A stretch of 32,000 nt of DNA from an uncultured Clostridia bacterium (lineage in GTDB: Bacteria; Bacillota; Clostridia; TANB77; CAG-508): NCBI GenBank assembly GCA_947573445.1, contig CANPFR010000001.1, positions 154,063 to 186,062 of the forward strand, read 5' to 3'. A program made the position numbers and the translations under genes. The notes below the pieces were generated by a model. It did not search any database. It saw only the letters and a list, made by a program, of their open reading frames with translations, and was not told the DNA's origin. Within the stretch, counting starts at the first letter, position 1, and every line of letters starts with the position of its first letter. Below, in pieces: positions 15,202 to 25,275 of this stretch.

Positions 15202-16044
15202 TTGGAAACCGAAACAATTAATTTAACCACGTTAATTTGCGATTCTCTCAACAGTATTTTTTTCAAACTTTTCTCATCAATTGACAATACAATTTATTCT
15301 AATTTAGATAATATTTTATTTATTAATTCTGATATCACCCATGATATTAAATTTCAAAATCTTTTTGGCACCAATACAACAAATGGTTTGTTGTTAATTG
15401 CTAACAGCCTTATCTTCGGTATTGTCTTATTTTATGTCTTTTGTTATGTTATTTCTCATTTGACTTATTCCAAAATAGACTCTCCCTATCAATTTACATT
15501 TAAGTGCATCCTTTTCGTCATTTGTTTAAATTCCTCTTTGTGGATTTGTGAAGGATTCATCCATCTTATTTCAATGGTTTCAGATTCAATTTGCGATATT
15601 GGTAACTCTATTGCTGGAACAGAAATTAGTTTTTCAAACTTAATAACTCATATCAATTCTAGTTTATACCCATCGCTCGAAACTTTTGATATTTTCTCAT
15701 TTGATGGTATTTTAAAATTTTGCTCTATTGTTGGCATTCTTTATATTTTACTTACCTATTCAGTTCGTTATATTCTGTGTAAAATATTAGTGTTGCTTGC
15801 ACCTTTTGCCTGTATTTCTCTAATTAGCAATCACTTTGATGGATTTTTTAAGGGATGGTTTAAACAATTTTTAATTCTATTACTAATGCAAATTTTTGTT
15901 AGCATTGTTTTGGTTCTTGGATTTACATTGGATTTTTATGCAGGAAATACAATCTCCAAATTAGTTTATTTCGCCCTTATTTTTATAATAGCAAAGTGTA
16001 ATTACAACATCAAAGAACTTATTCGGACATTTGTACCAGTATAG
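15202..16044 (+). CDS. TrbL/VirB6-like polytopic membrane protein
   Basis: 280 aa with roughly 6-7 TM helices. TTG start with an AAGGAGG SD. It occupies the position before a PrgI-like gene, as in Firmicute T4SS clusters. Confidence 0.5.
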   Translation: METETINLTTLICDSLNSIFFKLFSSIDNTIYSNLDNILFINSDITHDIKFQNLFGTNTTNGLLLIANSLIFGIVLFYVFCYVISHLTYSKIDSPYQFTFKCILFVICLNSSLWICEGFIHLISMVSDSICDIGNSIAGTEISFSNLITHINSSLYPSLETFDIFSFDGILKFCSIVGILYILLTYSVRYILCKILVLLAPFACISLISNHFDGFFKGWFKQFLILLLMQIFVSIVLVLGFTLDFYAGNTISKLVYFALIFIIAKCNYNIKELIRTFVPV

Positions 16045-16080
16045 TCATCATAAATTAAAAAATTTTATATAGGAGGTTTT

Positions 16081-16389
16081 ATGCATTTTATCATACCAAA
16101 AAATTATCAATTTAAGCCAAAATTATTCGGTTTGCTCGACTATCAAACCGCTGTTTTAGATATTATATGGGCAGGATTTTTATATGGAATTGTAAATTTA
16201 TTTTCCTGGGCTATTTCAATAAAAATTTATATTTTTATTGGATTGTTCATCCCCTTTTTGTTATTTAGCGTTATTGGTGTTCACAACGAAAATATCGCAT
16301 CTGTGCTTATTTATGTATTAAAATATTATAAAAACCAGAAATTATACTTATTTAAAAAAGAAAATGTTTCATTTACTAATTTTAAATAA
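16081..16389 (+). CDS. PrgI/VirB3-like small membrane protein
   Basis: IPKNYQFKPKLFGLLDYQTAVLDIIWAGFLYGI, two TM helices and the C-terminal LIYVLKYYKNQKLY match the PrgI-family pattern. Confidence 0.6.
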   Translation: MHFIIPKNYQFKPKLFGLLDYQTAVLDIIWAGFLYGIVNLFSWAISIKIYIFIGLFIPFLLFSVIGVHNENIASVLIYVLKYYKNQKLYLFKKENVSFTNFK

Positions 16390-16396
16390 GTCAACC

Positions 16397-16430
16397 AAAA
16401 AAGTATTAGGAAGTCCTAATACTTTTTTTC
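16397..16430 (+). terminator. Intrinsic terminator closing the pilin/VirB6/PrgI-like operon
   Basis: AAAGTATTAGG-aagt-CCTAATACTTT followed by a T run. Confidence 0.8.
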
Positions 16431-16471
16431 TTACTGCCGACTGAACTCTATTGGCAAAAATATTTTCTCTA

Positions 16472-16500
16472 TTGTCATTTTAAAAACTTAATGGTATAAT
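16472..16500 (+). promoter_or_regulatory. Sigma-A promoter (extended -10) for the DnaD/DnaI-like operon
   Basis: TTGTCA (16472-16477), 17-nt spacer, TATAAT (16495-16500), with TG at 16492-16493. Confidence 0.6.
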
Positions 16501-16619
16501 AAAAACACTGTACAAAAGAAATTGTAATAAAGATTTTATACATGCATAAAAATGATGTTTTTATGTATTCAATGATACATTAGACAAGCTAAAATATATA
16601 AAATAATGGGGGCTTTAAT

Positions 16620-17573
16620 ATGAAACTAAATCAAACTGACAAATCTTTTTTATTTTCAAGTACAGAAATACCAGACGTATTTTTTACGGAATATTTACCT
16701 GAAGCAAAAAGTGAATTTGTTAAGGTTTATTTTTATGTTCTTTTTTTGTCAAAACATAATAGTGAAATAAAAATTAATGATTTATCAAAAACGCTTGATT
16801 TAGATTTTCCAACTGTCCAAGATGCCATTAAATATTGGGAAGGTGTTGGACTTTTCATCAAAAATCCAAATGGTTATTCTTTGGCCAATATTCAAGAAAT
16901 TGAACTCAATAAATTATATCATCCAAAAGTAAGTCTTTCTCCAGAAGATATTGAAAAAAATGCCGAAAGCCAATCCCGTGCAAAAGTAATTGAAAGTATT
17001 AGTTCTCAATTTTTCTCTGGAACAATGGCTCCTTCTTGGTATCCAGATATCGAATTATGGTTTGAAAAGTATGGATTTGATGAACAAGTTATGCTCGCTT
17101 TATTTAGTTATGCCTATGAAAACAGAGCCTTACATCCAAATTACGTTCGAACTGTAGCTGAAGGCTGGAATCGCGAAAATATAAAAACTTATAACGATTT
17201 AGATTTATATTTTGAACGCAGAGAAAAAACAAATATTCTTAAAAAGAATATTGCTCAAAAGTTAAATTTATCCAGAAATCTTACTACTTATGATGAAGAA
17301 TATATTTTAAAATGGACAGAAAATTATCAATATAGCATGGATATTATTGAAATTGCTCTAAAAAAAGCCGCCACCAAAAATACCATCAGTTTTGAATACA
17401 TCGACACTCTTTTGTCCGATTGGCACAGTAAAGGACTTACAACAGTTTCAGATGTCAATACTTACTTAAATTCTTCAAAAACAAAAGATAAAAAAATAAA
17501 ACAAGTCAAGCAAATCGCTCTCGAATACACACAAAGCACTTTTGATAATTGGGAAGCGTTATACGACAACTAA
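16620..17573 (+). CDS. DnaD-domain replication initiation/membrane attachment protein (Firmicute DnaB/DnaD type)
   Basis: Two DnaD-like repeats (WFEKYGFDEQVMLALFSYAYENRALHPNYVRTVAEGW and YSMDIIEIALKKAATKNTISFEYIDTLLSDWHSKG). Followed by a helicase-loader gene. Confidence 0.75.
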   Translation: MKLNQTDKSFLFSSTEIPDVFFTEYLPEAKSEFVKVYFYVLFLSKHNSEIKINDLSKTLDLDFPTVQDAIKYWEGVGLFIKNPNGYSLANIQEIELNKLYHPKVSLSPEDIEKNAESQSRAKVIESISSQFFSGTMAPSWYPDIELWFEKYGFDEQVMLALFSYAYENRALHPNYVRTVAEGWNRENIKTYNDLDLYFERREKTNILKKNIAQKLNLSRNLTTYDEEYILKWTENYQYSMDIIEIALKKAATKNTISFEYIDTLLSDWHSKGLTTVSDVNTYLNSSKTKDKKIKQVKQIALEYTQSTFDNWEALYDN

Positions 17574-17587
17574 AAGGGGGAAAATTC

Positions 17588-18607
17588 ATGGACACTTCTG
17601 TCTTAAAACTGATTTTAAATGAATATGAAACAAAGCGAAATAACGCAATACAACAAGCAGAATCAAGAAAAAGGGAGCTTTTATCTGTTAATCCAAGATT
17701 ATCTGAAATAGAGACTGAACTTGCCAATTTATCAATCAAAACAGCAAAATTAATTTTGCAATCAGAAAGTTGCACACAAAAACAATTATTAGCGGATTTA
17801 AAAAAGCAATCCAATGAATTAATCAAAGAAAAAAATAAATTTCTAAAAAATTTAGCAAAAGATAGTAATTATTTAAAACCACATTTTGAATGCAAATCTT
17901 GTAAAGATACTGGCTACATTGAAAAAAATGGAATTTCTACCATGTGTAATTGTTTAAAACAAAATATTTTTAATACTTATTATAATAAATCCAATATTGG
18001 AAATTTGGAGAAAGAAAATTTTAAAAAATTTAATCTTACCATTTTTTCGAATGAAAAAAATCCCGAGACTTATAAGTCAAAACTTTCTCCCAAAGAAAAT
18101 ATAGAAATTATCAAAGAAAAATCTCAAAATTTTATAAAAAATTTTAATGATCCTGATGAAAAAAATCTCTTATTTACTGGAAATACTGGCCTTGGAAAAA
18201 CATTTTTAACCAATTGTATTGCCAATGAAATTTTATCTGAAGGAAAAACCGTTTTGTACCAAACTGCACCTGTTATGTTTGATGAAATTATTGATGCAAA
18301 ATTTGGTAAGGAAAACTCTAAATTTGATTTAATGCAAAATATCTTGACATCTGACTTATTAATTATTGATGACTTGGGAACTGAACATACCAATGAATTA
18401 TACATAACTGAATTATTTACCATTCTTAATACAAGGCTACTAAACCAAAATAACAAAATAACAAAAACCATTATCTCCACAAATTTAAGACCTGACGAAA
18501 TAGAAAAAATTTATACCACTAGAATTTCCTCTAGAATTGCTGGATATTATAGAATTTTGCGATTCTTTGGAGAAGATTTACGTTTTCAAAAACGTAAAAC
18601 CGACTAG
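17588..18607 (+). CDS. DnaI/DnaC-type helicase loader (AAA+)
   Basis: Zinc-binding N-terminus CKSCKDTGYIEKNGISTMCNC. Walker A GNTGLGKTF and Walker B LLIIDDLG. GGGGGAAAA SD before ATG 17588. Confidence 0.85.
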   Translation: MDTSVLKLILNEYETKRNNAIQQAESRKRELLSVNPRLSEIETELANLSIKTAKLILQSESCTQKQLLADLKKQSNELIKEKNKFLKNLAKDSNYLKPHFECKSCKDTGYIEKNGISTMCNCLKQNIFNTYYNKSNIGNLEKENFKKFNLTIFSNEKNPETYKSKLSPKENIEIIKEKSQNFIKNFNDPDEKNLLFTGNTGLGKTFLTNCIANEILSEGKTVLYQTAPVMFDEIIDAKFGKENSKFDLMQNILTSDLLIIDDLGTEHTNELYITELFTILNTRLLNQNNKITKTIISTNLRPDEIEKIYTTRISSRIAGYYRILRFFGEDLRFQKRKTD

Positions 18608-18626
18608 AATTCCTAGTCGGTTTTTT
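18596..18626. terminator. Bidirectional intrinsic terminator
   Basis: AAAACCGACTAG-aattc-CTAGTCGGTTTT with a T run. It sits between convergent genes. Confidence 0.8.
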
Positions 18627-18634
18627 ACCTTTTC

Positions 18635-18988
18635 TTAATCAAAAAACTCTTCTTCTCGCTCTCTCTTAAATCTTTTTTGCATAATGAGTAACACAAAAAG
18701 AGAAATAGCTACTAAAAACAATATATTAAATTGTTCTATTAACGCTATGATTACTAAATAAATCATATACAAGATAGCTATTGCTATTTCTAGCACCATA
18801 ATAGGCTTAAATTTACATTCCTGTGATATGAGAATTCCTGCAAGAACAACTAAAGCAGAAAAAGCAAAAATTTTAGGCACCATTGTCCCTATTAATAAAG
18901 TAACAAGAAACCCTACAATCCAACATATAACTAGCAATATCCGGACTATTTCTCTCCATTTGGAAAGCTCCCTTCTATTTAGCTTCAT
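18635..18988 (-). CDS. Small integral membrane protein (3-4 TM helices)
   Basis: 117-aa hydrophobic ORF. No motif recognised. Confidence 0.55.
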   Translation of the reverse strand: MKLNRRELSKWREIVRILLVICWIVGFLVTLLIGTMVPKIFAFSALVVLAGILISQECKFKPIMVLEIAIAILYMIYLVIIALIEQFNILFLVAISLFVLLIMQKRFKREREEEFFD

Positions 18989-19065
18989 AATAAAGCCTCC
19001 TTCTATAAAATAATAGAATTTCTTATATCATATTTTACGCCAAAAGTCAATAGTCTGTATCTGTT

Positions 19066-19100
19066 AAAAAACGCTATCAACGTTATTTGATAGCGTTTTT
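19066..19100 (-). terminator. Intrinsic terminator after gyrA
   Basis: AAAACGCTATCAA-cgttat-TTGATAGCGTTTT, flanked by A and T runs. Confidence 0.75.
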
Positions 19101-19104
19101 CTTG

Positions 19105-21546
19105 TTATTCTTCTTTTTCATCCTCTTCTGGCTCTAATGTCGCTATGCTGACAACTTTTCCATCATTTGTTCTCATCAGTGTCACACCTTGGGTTGATCT
19201 TCCAAGAATACTGATATCTTTAACTCTTAGACGAATAATGGTTCCTGTATCTGTTACAAGCATTACATCTTCATTACCACTTACCACTTTGATTCCTACA
19301 ATATCACCTGTCTTTGGTGTTATTTTGTAAGTAGTCACTCCTTTTCCTCCTCTGCCTTGTATATGATATTCGGCCAAATCAGTTCTTTTTCCAAAACCGT
19401 TTTCAGTTATAGCAAGTAAAGTTGCTTTTCCACCTCTGATAATTGGCTCCATTCCAATTACTTCGTCATTCTCATTTAAACGCATTCCAATTACTCCGTG
19501 AGCACTTCTGCTTAATGGTCTAACATCCTTTTCATCAAACGTAATACATTGTCCTTTTTTAGTAACTAGCACAACATTGTCTTCCCCATCTGTTAATCTT
19601 ACATCAATTAGAGCATCATCTTCTCTTAAAGAAATAGCCATTAATCCTATTTTTCTTGATGTATCATATTCTTTTAGAGCTGTTTTCTTAATCGTTCCAG
19701 TTTTGGTAGCCATTAAAATATATTTTCCTTCAGCGAAATTCTGAATTGGAATCACTGCTGATATTTTTTCACCTGCTTCTAAATTTAATAAATTAACAAT
19801 CGCAGTTCCTTTGGCATTTCTACCAGCTTCTGGAATTTCATAGCCACGTAATCGATACATTTTTCCTTTATTACTAAAGAATAAAACTGTATCATGGGTT
19901 GAGGTTGTGAATATTTCTTTGACAAAGTCTTCTTCTCTTGTTGTCATTCCAATAATACCTTTTCCACCTCTTCTTTGGCTTTTATAAGTATCAACTGGCA
20001 TTCTTTTGATGTAACCAAAATTGGTTAAAGCAACAACCATTTGTTCTTCTTTGATTAAGTCTTCCACATCAATTTCGCCATCTGCTAAAACAATTTTTGT
20101 TAATCGGTCATCACCAAATTTTTCTCTAATTTCAATTAGTTCATCTTTAATGATGTTAAATACAAGTGTTTCACTACTTAAAATTTCTTTATAATAAGCA
20201 ATTAATTTCATTAATTCAGCATATTCTTCCTCTATTTTTTCACGTTGTAAACCTGATAATCTTTTTAATTGCATATCTAAAATTGCCTGTGCTTGAATAT
20301 CAGAAAGGCCAAATCTTTCCATCAATTTTTCTTTGGCATCATCATAAGCTGAACGAATGATGTTAATCACTTCATCAATATTATCAATTGCAATACGCAA
20401 TCCTTCTAGAATATGAGCTCTTGCTTCAGCTTTTTCAAGCTCAAATTGAGTTCTACGTAAGATGACATCTTTTCTATGTTTGATAAATTCATCTAAACAT
20501 TGTCTTAATGTCAATATTTTAGGTTCTCCATCAACTAATGCTAACATAATGATACCAAAAGTCTCTTGCATTGCAGTATGTTTATATAATTGATTCAAGG
20601 TAACTTGTGGTCTAGCATCTCTTTTTAATTCAATAACGACTCTTACTCTTTCTTCTCTATCAGACTCATCTCTAATATCAGAAATTCCATCTATTCTTTT
20701 GTCTCTTACTAATGCTGCAATATTTTCAATTAATTTGGCTTTATTCACTTGATATGGCAGAGATGTTACAATAATTCTTTGTCTGTTTCCTGACATTTCT
20801 TCAATTTCAGTTTCAGCTCTTAATGTAATTTTTCCTCTACCAGTTGTATAAGCATCTTTGATCCCTTCCTTTCCTAGAATAGTTGCTCCTGTTGGGAAGT
20901 CAGGCCCCTTGATAACGGTCATTAATTCTTCATTGGTAACGTCATCTTCTTCTATGATTTTGATTAATCCATCAATAACTTCTCTTAAATTATGTGGTGG
21001 AATGTTGGTTGCCATACCAACTGCAATTCCTGAAGAACCATTAATTAATAAGGTTGGAACTCTCGTTGGTAGCACAGTTGGTTCTTGTAATCTATCATCA
21101 TAGTTTGGCATAAAATCAACTGTATTTTTTTCAATATCTGCCAACATTTGTTCTGAAATTTTAGCCATTCTAGCTTCTGTATACCTCATTGCAGCAGCAC
21201 TATCACCATCAATAGAACCAAAATTCCCATGACCATCAATTAACATATATCGCATTGAAAAATCCTGTGCCAATCTTACCATAGCATCATAAACAGAAGC
21301 ATCACCATGTGGATGATATCTTCCTAAAACAGAACCTACCGTATTGGCACACTTTCTGTATGGCTTGTCTGACGTGATACCATCTTCATGCATCGAATAC
21401 AAAATTCTTCTATGTACTGGTTTCAAACCGTCTTTAACATCTGGCAAAGCACGTGAAACAATAACACTCATGGCATAGTCAATATAGGCTGTTTTCATTT
21501 CTTCTTCAATATTTCTCTCAATTATATTTTCCTCTTGTCTATCCAT
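19105..21546 (-). CDS. gyrA: DNA gyrase subunit A
   Basis: Motifs PDVKDGLKPVHRRILY, the QRDR segment YHPHGDASVYD, the active-site region AAAMRYTEARM, and the GyrA box QRRGGKGIIG. Acidic C-terminal tail. Confidence 0.97.
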   Translation of the reverse strand: MDRQEENIIERNIEEEMKTAYIDYAMSVIVSRALPDVKDGLKPVHRRILYSMHEDGITSDKPYRKCANTVGSVLGRYHPHGDASVYDAMVRLAQDFSMRYMLIDGHGNFGSIDGDSAAAMRYTEARMAKISEQMLADIEKNTVDFMPNYDDRLQEPTVLPTRVPTLLINGSSGIAVGMATNIPPHNLREVIDGLIKIIEEDDVTNEELMTVIKGPDFPTGATILGKEGIKDAYTTGRGKITLRAETEIEEMSGNRQRIIVTSLPYQVNKAKLIENIAALVRDKRIDGISDIRDESDREERVRVVIELKRDARPQVTLNQLYKHTAMQETFGIIMLALVDGEPKILTLRQCLDEFIKHRKDVILRRTQFELEKAEARAHILEGLRIAIDNIDEVINIIRSAYDDAKEKLMERFGLSDIQAQAILDMQLKRLSGLQREKIEEEYAELMKLIAYYKEILSSETLVFNIIKDELIEIREKFGDDRLTKIVLADGEIDVEDLIKEEQMVVALTNFGYIKRMPVDTYKSQRRGGKGIIGMTTREEDFVKEIFTTSTHDTVLFFSNKGKMYRLRGYEIPEAGRNAKGTAIVNLLNLEAGEKISAVIPIQNFAEGKYILMATKTGTIKKTALKEYDTSRKIGLMAISLREDDALIDVRLTDGEDNVVLVTKKGQCITFDEKDVRPLSRSAHGVIGMRLNENDEVIGMEPIIRGGKATLLAITENGFGKRTDLAEYHIQGRGGKGVTTYKITPKTGDIVGIKVVSGNEDVMLVTDTGTIIRLRVKDISILGRSTQGVTLMRTNDGKVVSIATLEPEEDEKEE

Positions 21547-21658
21547 TTTTTTCCCCTTTTCTTTTTAGTTTTATAGTCTTATTATATATAACTATTTTGA
21601 AAAAAGCAAGGAAATTTGGAAAAATATTCTGTTTCAGATTAAATTTTTTTCTAAAATT

Positions 21659-21705
21659 ACAAAAAAAAAGACCCAAAAGCATAAATCAGAATTTTTGCTT
21701 TTGAG
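21659..21705 (-). terminator. Intrinsic terminator upstream of gyrA (ends the ParA-like operon and/or a short leader transcript)
   Basis: Minus strand CTCAAAAGC-loop-GCTTTTGGG followed by T9. Confidence 0.7.
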
Positions 21706-21826
21706 CCTTTGAGTGATACGTTATGTTGTCATTTTGGCAATTTCTTCATATCTTTCAATCATTTCTTCACTTCCTTTTTATGTTACTAAAGTCATTATAT
21801 ATAATTAAATTTAAGAAGTCAACTTA

Positions 21827-22870
21827 TTAACAAAACTTTTTATATATTTTCTCATATTCCTTTTTTATTTCTTTCTTATCTATGCTTTTATTAATCATTA
21901 AATTATAGGCATCTTGATATTTCATTTTTCCAACTAATTTAATGTTTGGAAATAGCTCTTGTATAATGCTATCTGAAATTTGATACATATTAGTCTTATT
22001 TAGTATTATTTTAATTTTGGAAAGGGATATTTTCCAATCATTTTCTAATATTTCTATCATATTTTTGGATTTTTTGACCCCTAAAATGTTAGGTTCTAAA
22101 AGAAAGACAATATTGTCACTGTTATAAAATATTCTTTTTATATATTCATTTTCTAATTTTGATGATGTGTCTATTATAATAAAGTTATACAGCTGTTTAA
22201 GTTGAATTAATAATTCTTGAATCTGAAAAAAATTAATTTGGTTTTTAGCTGGAAAAACCAAGTTTAAATGACATAGTGCATCTAAATTTTTATTAATGTT
22301 GATAATCATATCTGTTATATTTTCACTAACTTGTGGTTCCTTTTTTATTTTGAGAATGGTCTTTATTTGATTTTCATCTAAATCAAAATCAACTAACAAA
22401 GTTTTTTTATCATTGTTTTCCACATTTTTGGCAAAAAATGTGGAAAACGTACTCTTGCCAACTCCACACACACCCGATATTGCAATTGTTTTGCAATCAA
22501 TCTGAGACTTATTTTTAGATACAGTTTGTTGTAATATTTCGTCAAGTAAATCCAGATCTAAATTTAAATTATGATAAATTTTTAAATTATCCTCTTCTTT
22601 AAGACTAACTTCTAGATTCGGTTCTTTAAAAAATACAATTAACATATCTTTTTGAATTTTTCGAATCACTTCTATTAATTCAACAGGCTTGTAATTTTGT
22701 ATAATATTACTACATAGAAACAAAATATCAACTGTTCCTGTCCTTTCAAGCCACTCGATTAATTCCTCATCTATTTTTATGTCTTCTGTTAACACTTCAT
22801 AATCTTTTGTATTTTTCAATTTCGCATTTAGCATTGGACTTCCAATAGCTGTCAAAATTTTTTTGGCCAT
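21827..22870 (-). CDS. Pseudo-receiver plus ParA/MinD-class P-loop ATPase (TadZ/CpaE-like architecture)
   Basis: The N-terminal ~120 aa have a receiver-like alternation (KILTAIGS...VDILFLCSN) without an obvious acceptor Asp. P-loop ISGVCGVGKST, then LLVDFDL and FIIIDTS. The SD overlaps the VirB4 stop. Confidence 0.6.
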   Translation of the reverse strand: MAKKILTAIGSPMLNAKLKNTKDYEVLTEDIKIDEELIEWLERTGTVDILFLCSNIIQNYKPVELIEVIRKIQKDMLIVFFKEPNLEVSLKEEDNLKIYHNLNLDLDLLDEILQQTVSKNKSQIDCKTIAISGVCGVGKSTFSTFFAKNVENNDKKTLLVDFDLDENQIKTILKIKKEPQVSENITDMIININKNLDALCHLNLVFPAKNQINFFQIQELLIQLKQLYNFIIIDTSSKLENEYIKRIFYNSDNIVFLLEPNILGVKKSKNMIEILENDWKISLSKIKIILNKTNMYQISDSIIQELFPNIKLVGKMKYQDAYNLMINKSIDKKEIKKEYEKIYKKFC

Positions 22871-22879
22871 ATGTACCTC

Positions 22880-24661
22880 CTATATCATTAAACTTTTTTC
22901 ATATTCAGATGATTCAATTCTTGCTAAAATATGGTCATCCCCAATAAACATAAGACTTTCGCCTCTTTTTAACGATTTTATCTCAACTCTCTCCTTTTCG
23001 GAAATATTAGCATATTTTTCAAGTACTAAAATATTTTCCTCTTCTAATGAAAAAAATGATTTTATGCTGCAATTATTTAAAATACTCTTTCCATATGTTC
23101 CTTGTTCCAAACTAAATAAGTCTGAAACATCTTGTGTAATAGCAACTGCACTACCTCCAAATTTTCGAATTGTTTTAAAAATCTTATAAATAAAACTTGC
23201 CACAAATCCACTCGATGTCACACCAATTAATCTCCAAATTTCATCTAAATAAATTGCTTTATTCTGATTTCTATCTTTTTTGATTTTATCCCAGAAAACA
23301 TCAGTAAACATGTACATTCCATATTTTAAATTTTCCTCCCCTAAATCATAAATATCCCCAATTATTAATTTATTCTCTAATTCAACATTTGTATGATGAT
23401 TAAAAAATTTCAGTGAACCATATACAAATGGATATAACTTTAATTTAAAAAATTTATCTTTTTCATCATCTAAAATTTGATATAAATCTTCTAAAATTGG
23501 CATTTCATCACTTGATTTAAATTGTGAGATAATGGTTATTTGCCCTTCCTCTGGCTTTTGATAAAGAGAATTATCATCAAAAGTGATTCCTTTTGTTGCA
23601 TACATTTTGATTAATTTTTCTTCCAAAATGGCAACCTTTTCCTCATCCATTTCACCAAAAATCAAGCTAAAAAAACCTCTCAATTTTAATAATTTACTAC
23701 TTAAATATCCTTGCCCATCTTCAATGCTTTCCTTTCTAATATCAAAAATATTAAGATATGTTTTTGCATTTGGACCAAGTTTAATTAGTGTCCCATCCAA
23801 ACTTTCTGCAATTTTATTATATTCTCTTTCGGGATCTATCACATATTGTTCCATTCCTAATAATCGATAACGCAAAATTAATAATTTTACGTAAAATGAT
23901 TTCCCAGCTCCACTTGTTCCAAATACACACATATTCGCATTTTTATATTTGTTTTTATTAAATCTATCCACTAAAATCATAGAATTATTATAAATATTAC
24001 TTCCTAAAAAAATTCCATTTTCATCACATAATGTAGAGGAAATGAATGGATAGGTTCCAACCAATCCTTGGGTTAAAATATTTCTCCCAGTCACTTTTTT
24101 TAAGTCTTTGCTATTTTCCATAATTGGCAAACAACTACCAAAAGTTTGCTCTTGCCTAAAATTGGCTCTTCTTGTAACCAAACCAGACGCTTGTAACACA
24201 CTATCTAATTTGGCTAAATTCCTTTGTAACTCTTTTTCATCTTCTGCAATTACAACACAATATGTGTATAAATAATATAAATCTTCGTTATTTATTTGCA
24301 TTTCCTTTCTTATGTATTTAGCATCATTATAAGAAAATGCTGCCAAATCAATGTCTTCTTTGTTGTTATTTCCAAATTTTAAATCAACACCTGTATTTCC
24401 AATAGCATATGTTAAATCTTTTATGGTTTTAAAAGCATCTTGTTTTTCAAGAAATATAGAAATATTGGCATTTACATTACTATTAATTAAATTTCTAAAA
24501 ATAATTTCGCTATATTCTCTGTAATAATCTACAATTAATAAACCTGCATAAAATTTGCCATTTATTTCTACATATTTAGGATTGGAAAAATTGATATAAC
24601 TTGGTGCTAATTTATCTTTTAAACTAACCGTTCCTTTTAAAAAATTTTCTATTTTTTTCAC
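22880..24661 (-). CDS. VirB4/TraE/PrgJ-type T4SS ATPase, C-terminal two-thirds
   Basis: Walker A VFGTSGAGKSF, then YVIDPEREY, Walker B AIYLDEIWRL, and IRKFGGSAVAITQDVSD. GTG start with weak initiation signals. Confidence 0.8.
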   Translation of the reverse strand: MKKIENFLKGTVSLKDKLAPSYINFSNPKYVEINGKFYAGLLIVDYYREYSEIIFRNLINSNVNANISIFLEKQDAFKTIKDLTYAIGNTGVDLKFGNNNKEDIDLAAFSYNDAKYIRKEMQINNEDLYYLYTYCVVIAEDEKELQRNLAKLDSVLQASGLVTRRANFRQEQTFGSCLPIMENSKDLKKVTGRNILTQGLVGTYPFISSTLCDENGIFLGSNIYNNSMILVDRFNKNKYKNANMCVFGTSGAGKSFYVKLLILRYRLLGMEQYVIDPEREYNKIAESLDGTLIKLGPNAKTYLNIFDIRKESIEDGQGYLSSKLLKLRGFFSLIFGEMDEEKVAILEEKLIKMYATKGITFDDNSLYQKPEEGQITIISQFKSSDEMPILEDLYQILDDEKDKFFKLKLYPFVYGSLKFFNHHTNVELENKLIIGDIYDLGEENLKYGMYMFTDVFWDKIKKDRNQNKAIYLDEIWRLIGVTSSGFVASFIYKIFKTIRKFGGSAVAITQDVSDLFSLEQGTYGKSILNNCSIKSFFSLEEENILVLEKYANISEKERVEIKSLKRGESLMFIGDDHILARIESSEYEKSLMI

Positions 24662-24687
24662 CTCTATTCAATTATTTGTTTGGGTTT

Positions 24688-25245
24688 TTAAGATATAAAA
24701 GACTGAAAAATGTTTATTACACTTTTCTTAGAATTAACTTCACTAACAAGATTTCCACATCTTGTCAATGTTTCTTTGATTTTAAAATAACGTTCATTTA
24801 ACTGTTCAAACGCTTTTGTTTCTTCATTTATAAAGTCTTCGATTCCTTTATTTAGGATATCTATTTTTTTCTTGATAATAATATAAAAATTCTTGGATGA
24901 TGAGTTTTTTTCTCGATTCATTTGAGAAATATAATCAATATATTGATTTCTTATTTCTTTTATCTTTTCATTATTTTCATTTACATTTGTTATTTGGGAA
25001 ATTGTTTTAGAAATATCTTCTTTTTTACTTTGAATTAGTATTTGAATATCAAAATCACATGTTTTTAAGAAATTTTTATAAGAATTTAAAATGGATTCTT
25101 TCTCTAAATTTGATTTTAAATCATAGTTAATTGGATTAATTTTTAAGATTTTAATAAAAGAATTTTTATAAAATATCAGTCCATTTTCATAGATATTCTC
25201 AAAAGGCAACCATTCTTGCACTGTTTGCTCTTTCTTGAATTTCAA
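24688..25245 (-). CDS. VirB4 N-terminal domain as a separate ORF
   Basis: KKEQTVQEWLPFENIYENGLIFYKNSFIKILKINPINYDLKSNLEKESILNSYKNFLK matches the N-terminal domain of Gram-positive VirB4 proteins. The start was reassigned to TTG 25245 (AAGGAGA SD 7 nt upstream), because the promoter lies inside the longer ORF. Confidence 0.65.
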   Translation of the reverse strand: MKFKKEQTVQEWLPFENIYENGLIFYKNSFIKILKINPINYDLKSNLEKESILNSYKNFLKTCDFDIQILIQSKKEDISKTISQITNVNENNEKIKEIRNQYIDYISQMNREKNSSSKNFYIIIKKKIDILNKGIEDFINEETKAFEQLNERYFKIKETLTRCGNLVSEVNSKKSVINIFQSFIS

Positions 25246-25275
25246 AAATATAGTCTCCTTTCTTGTATTTTTATT

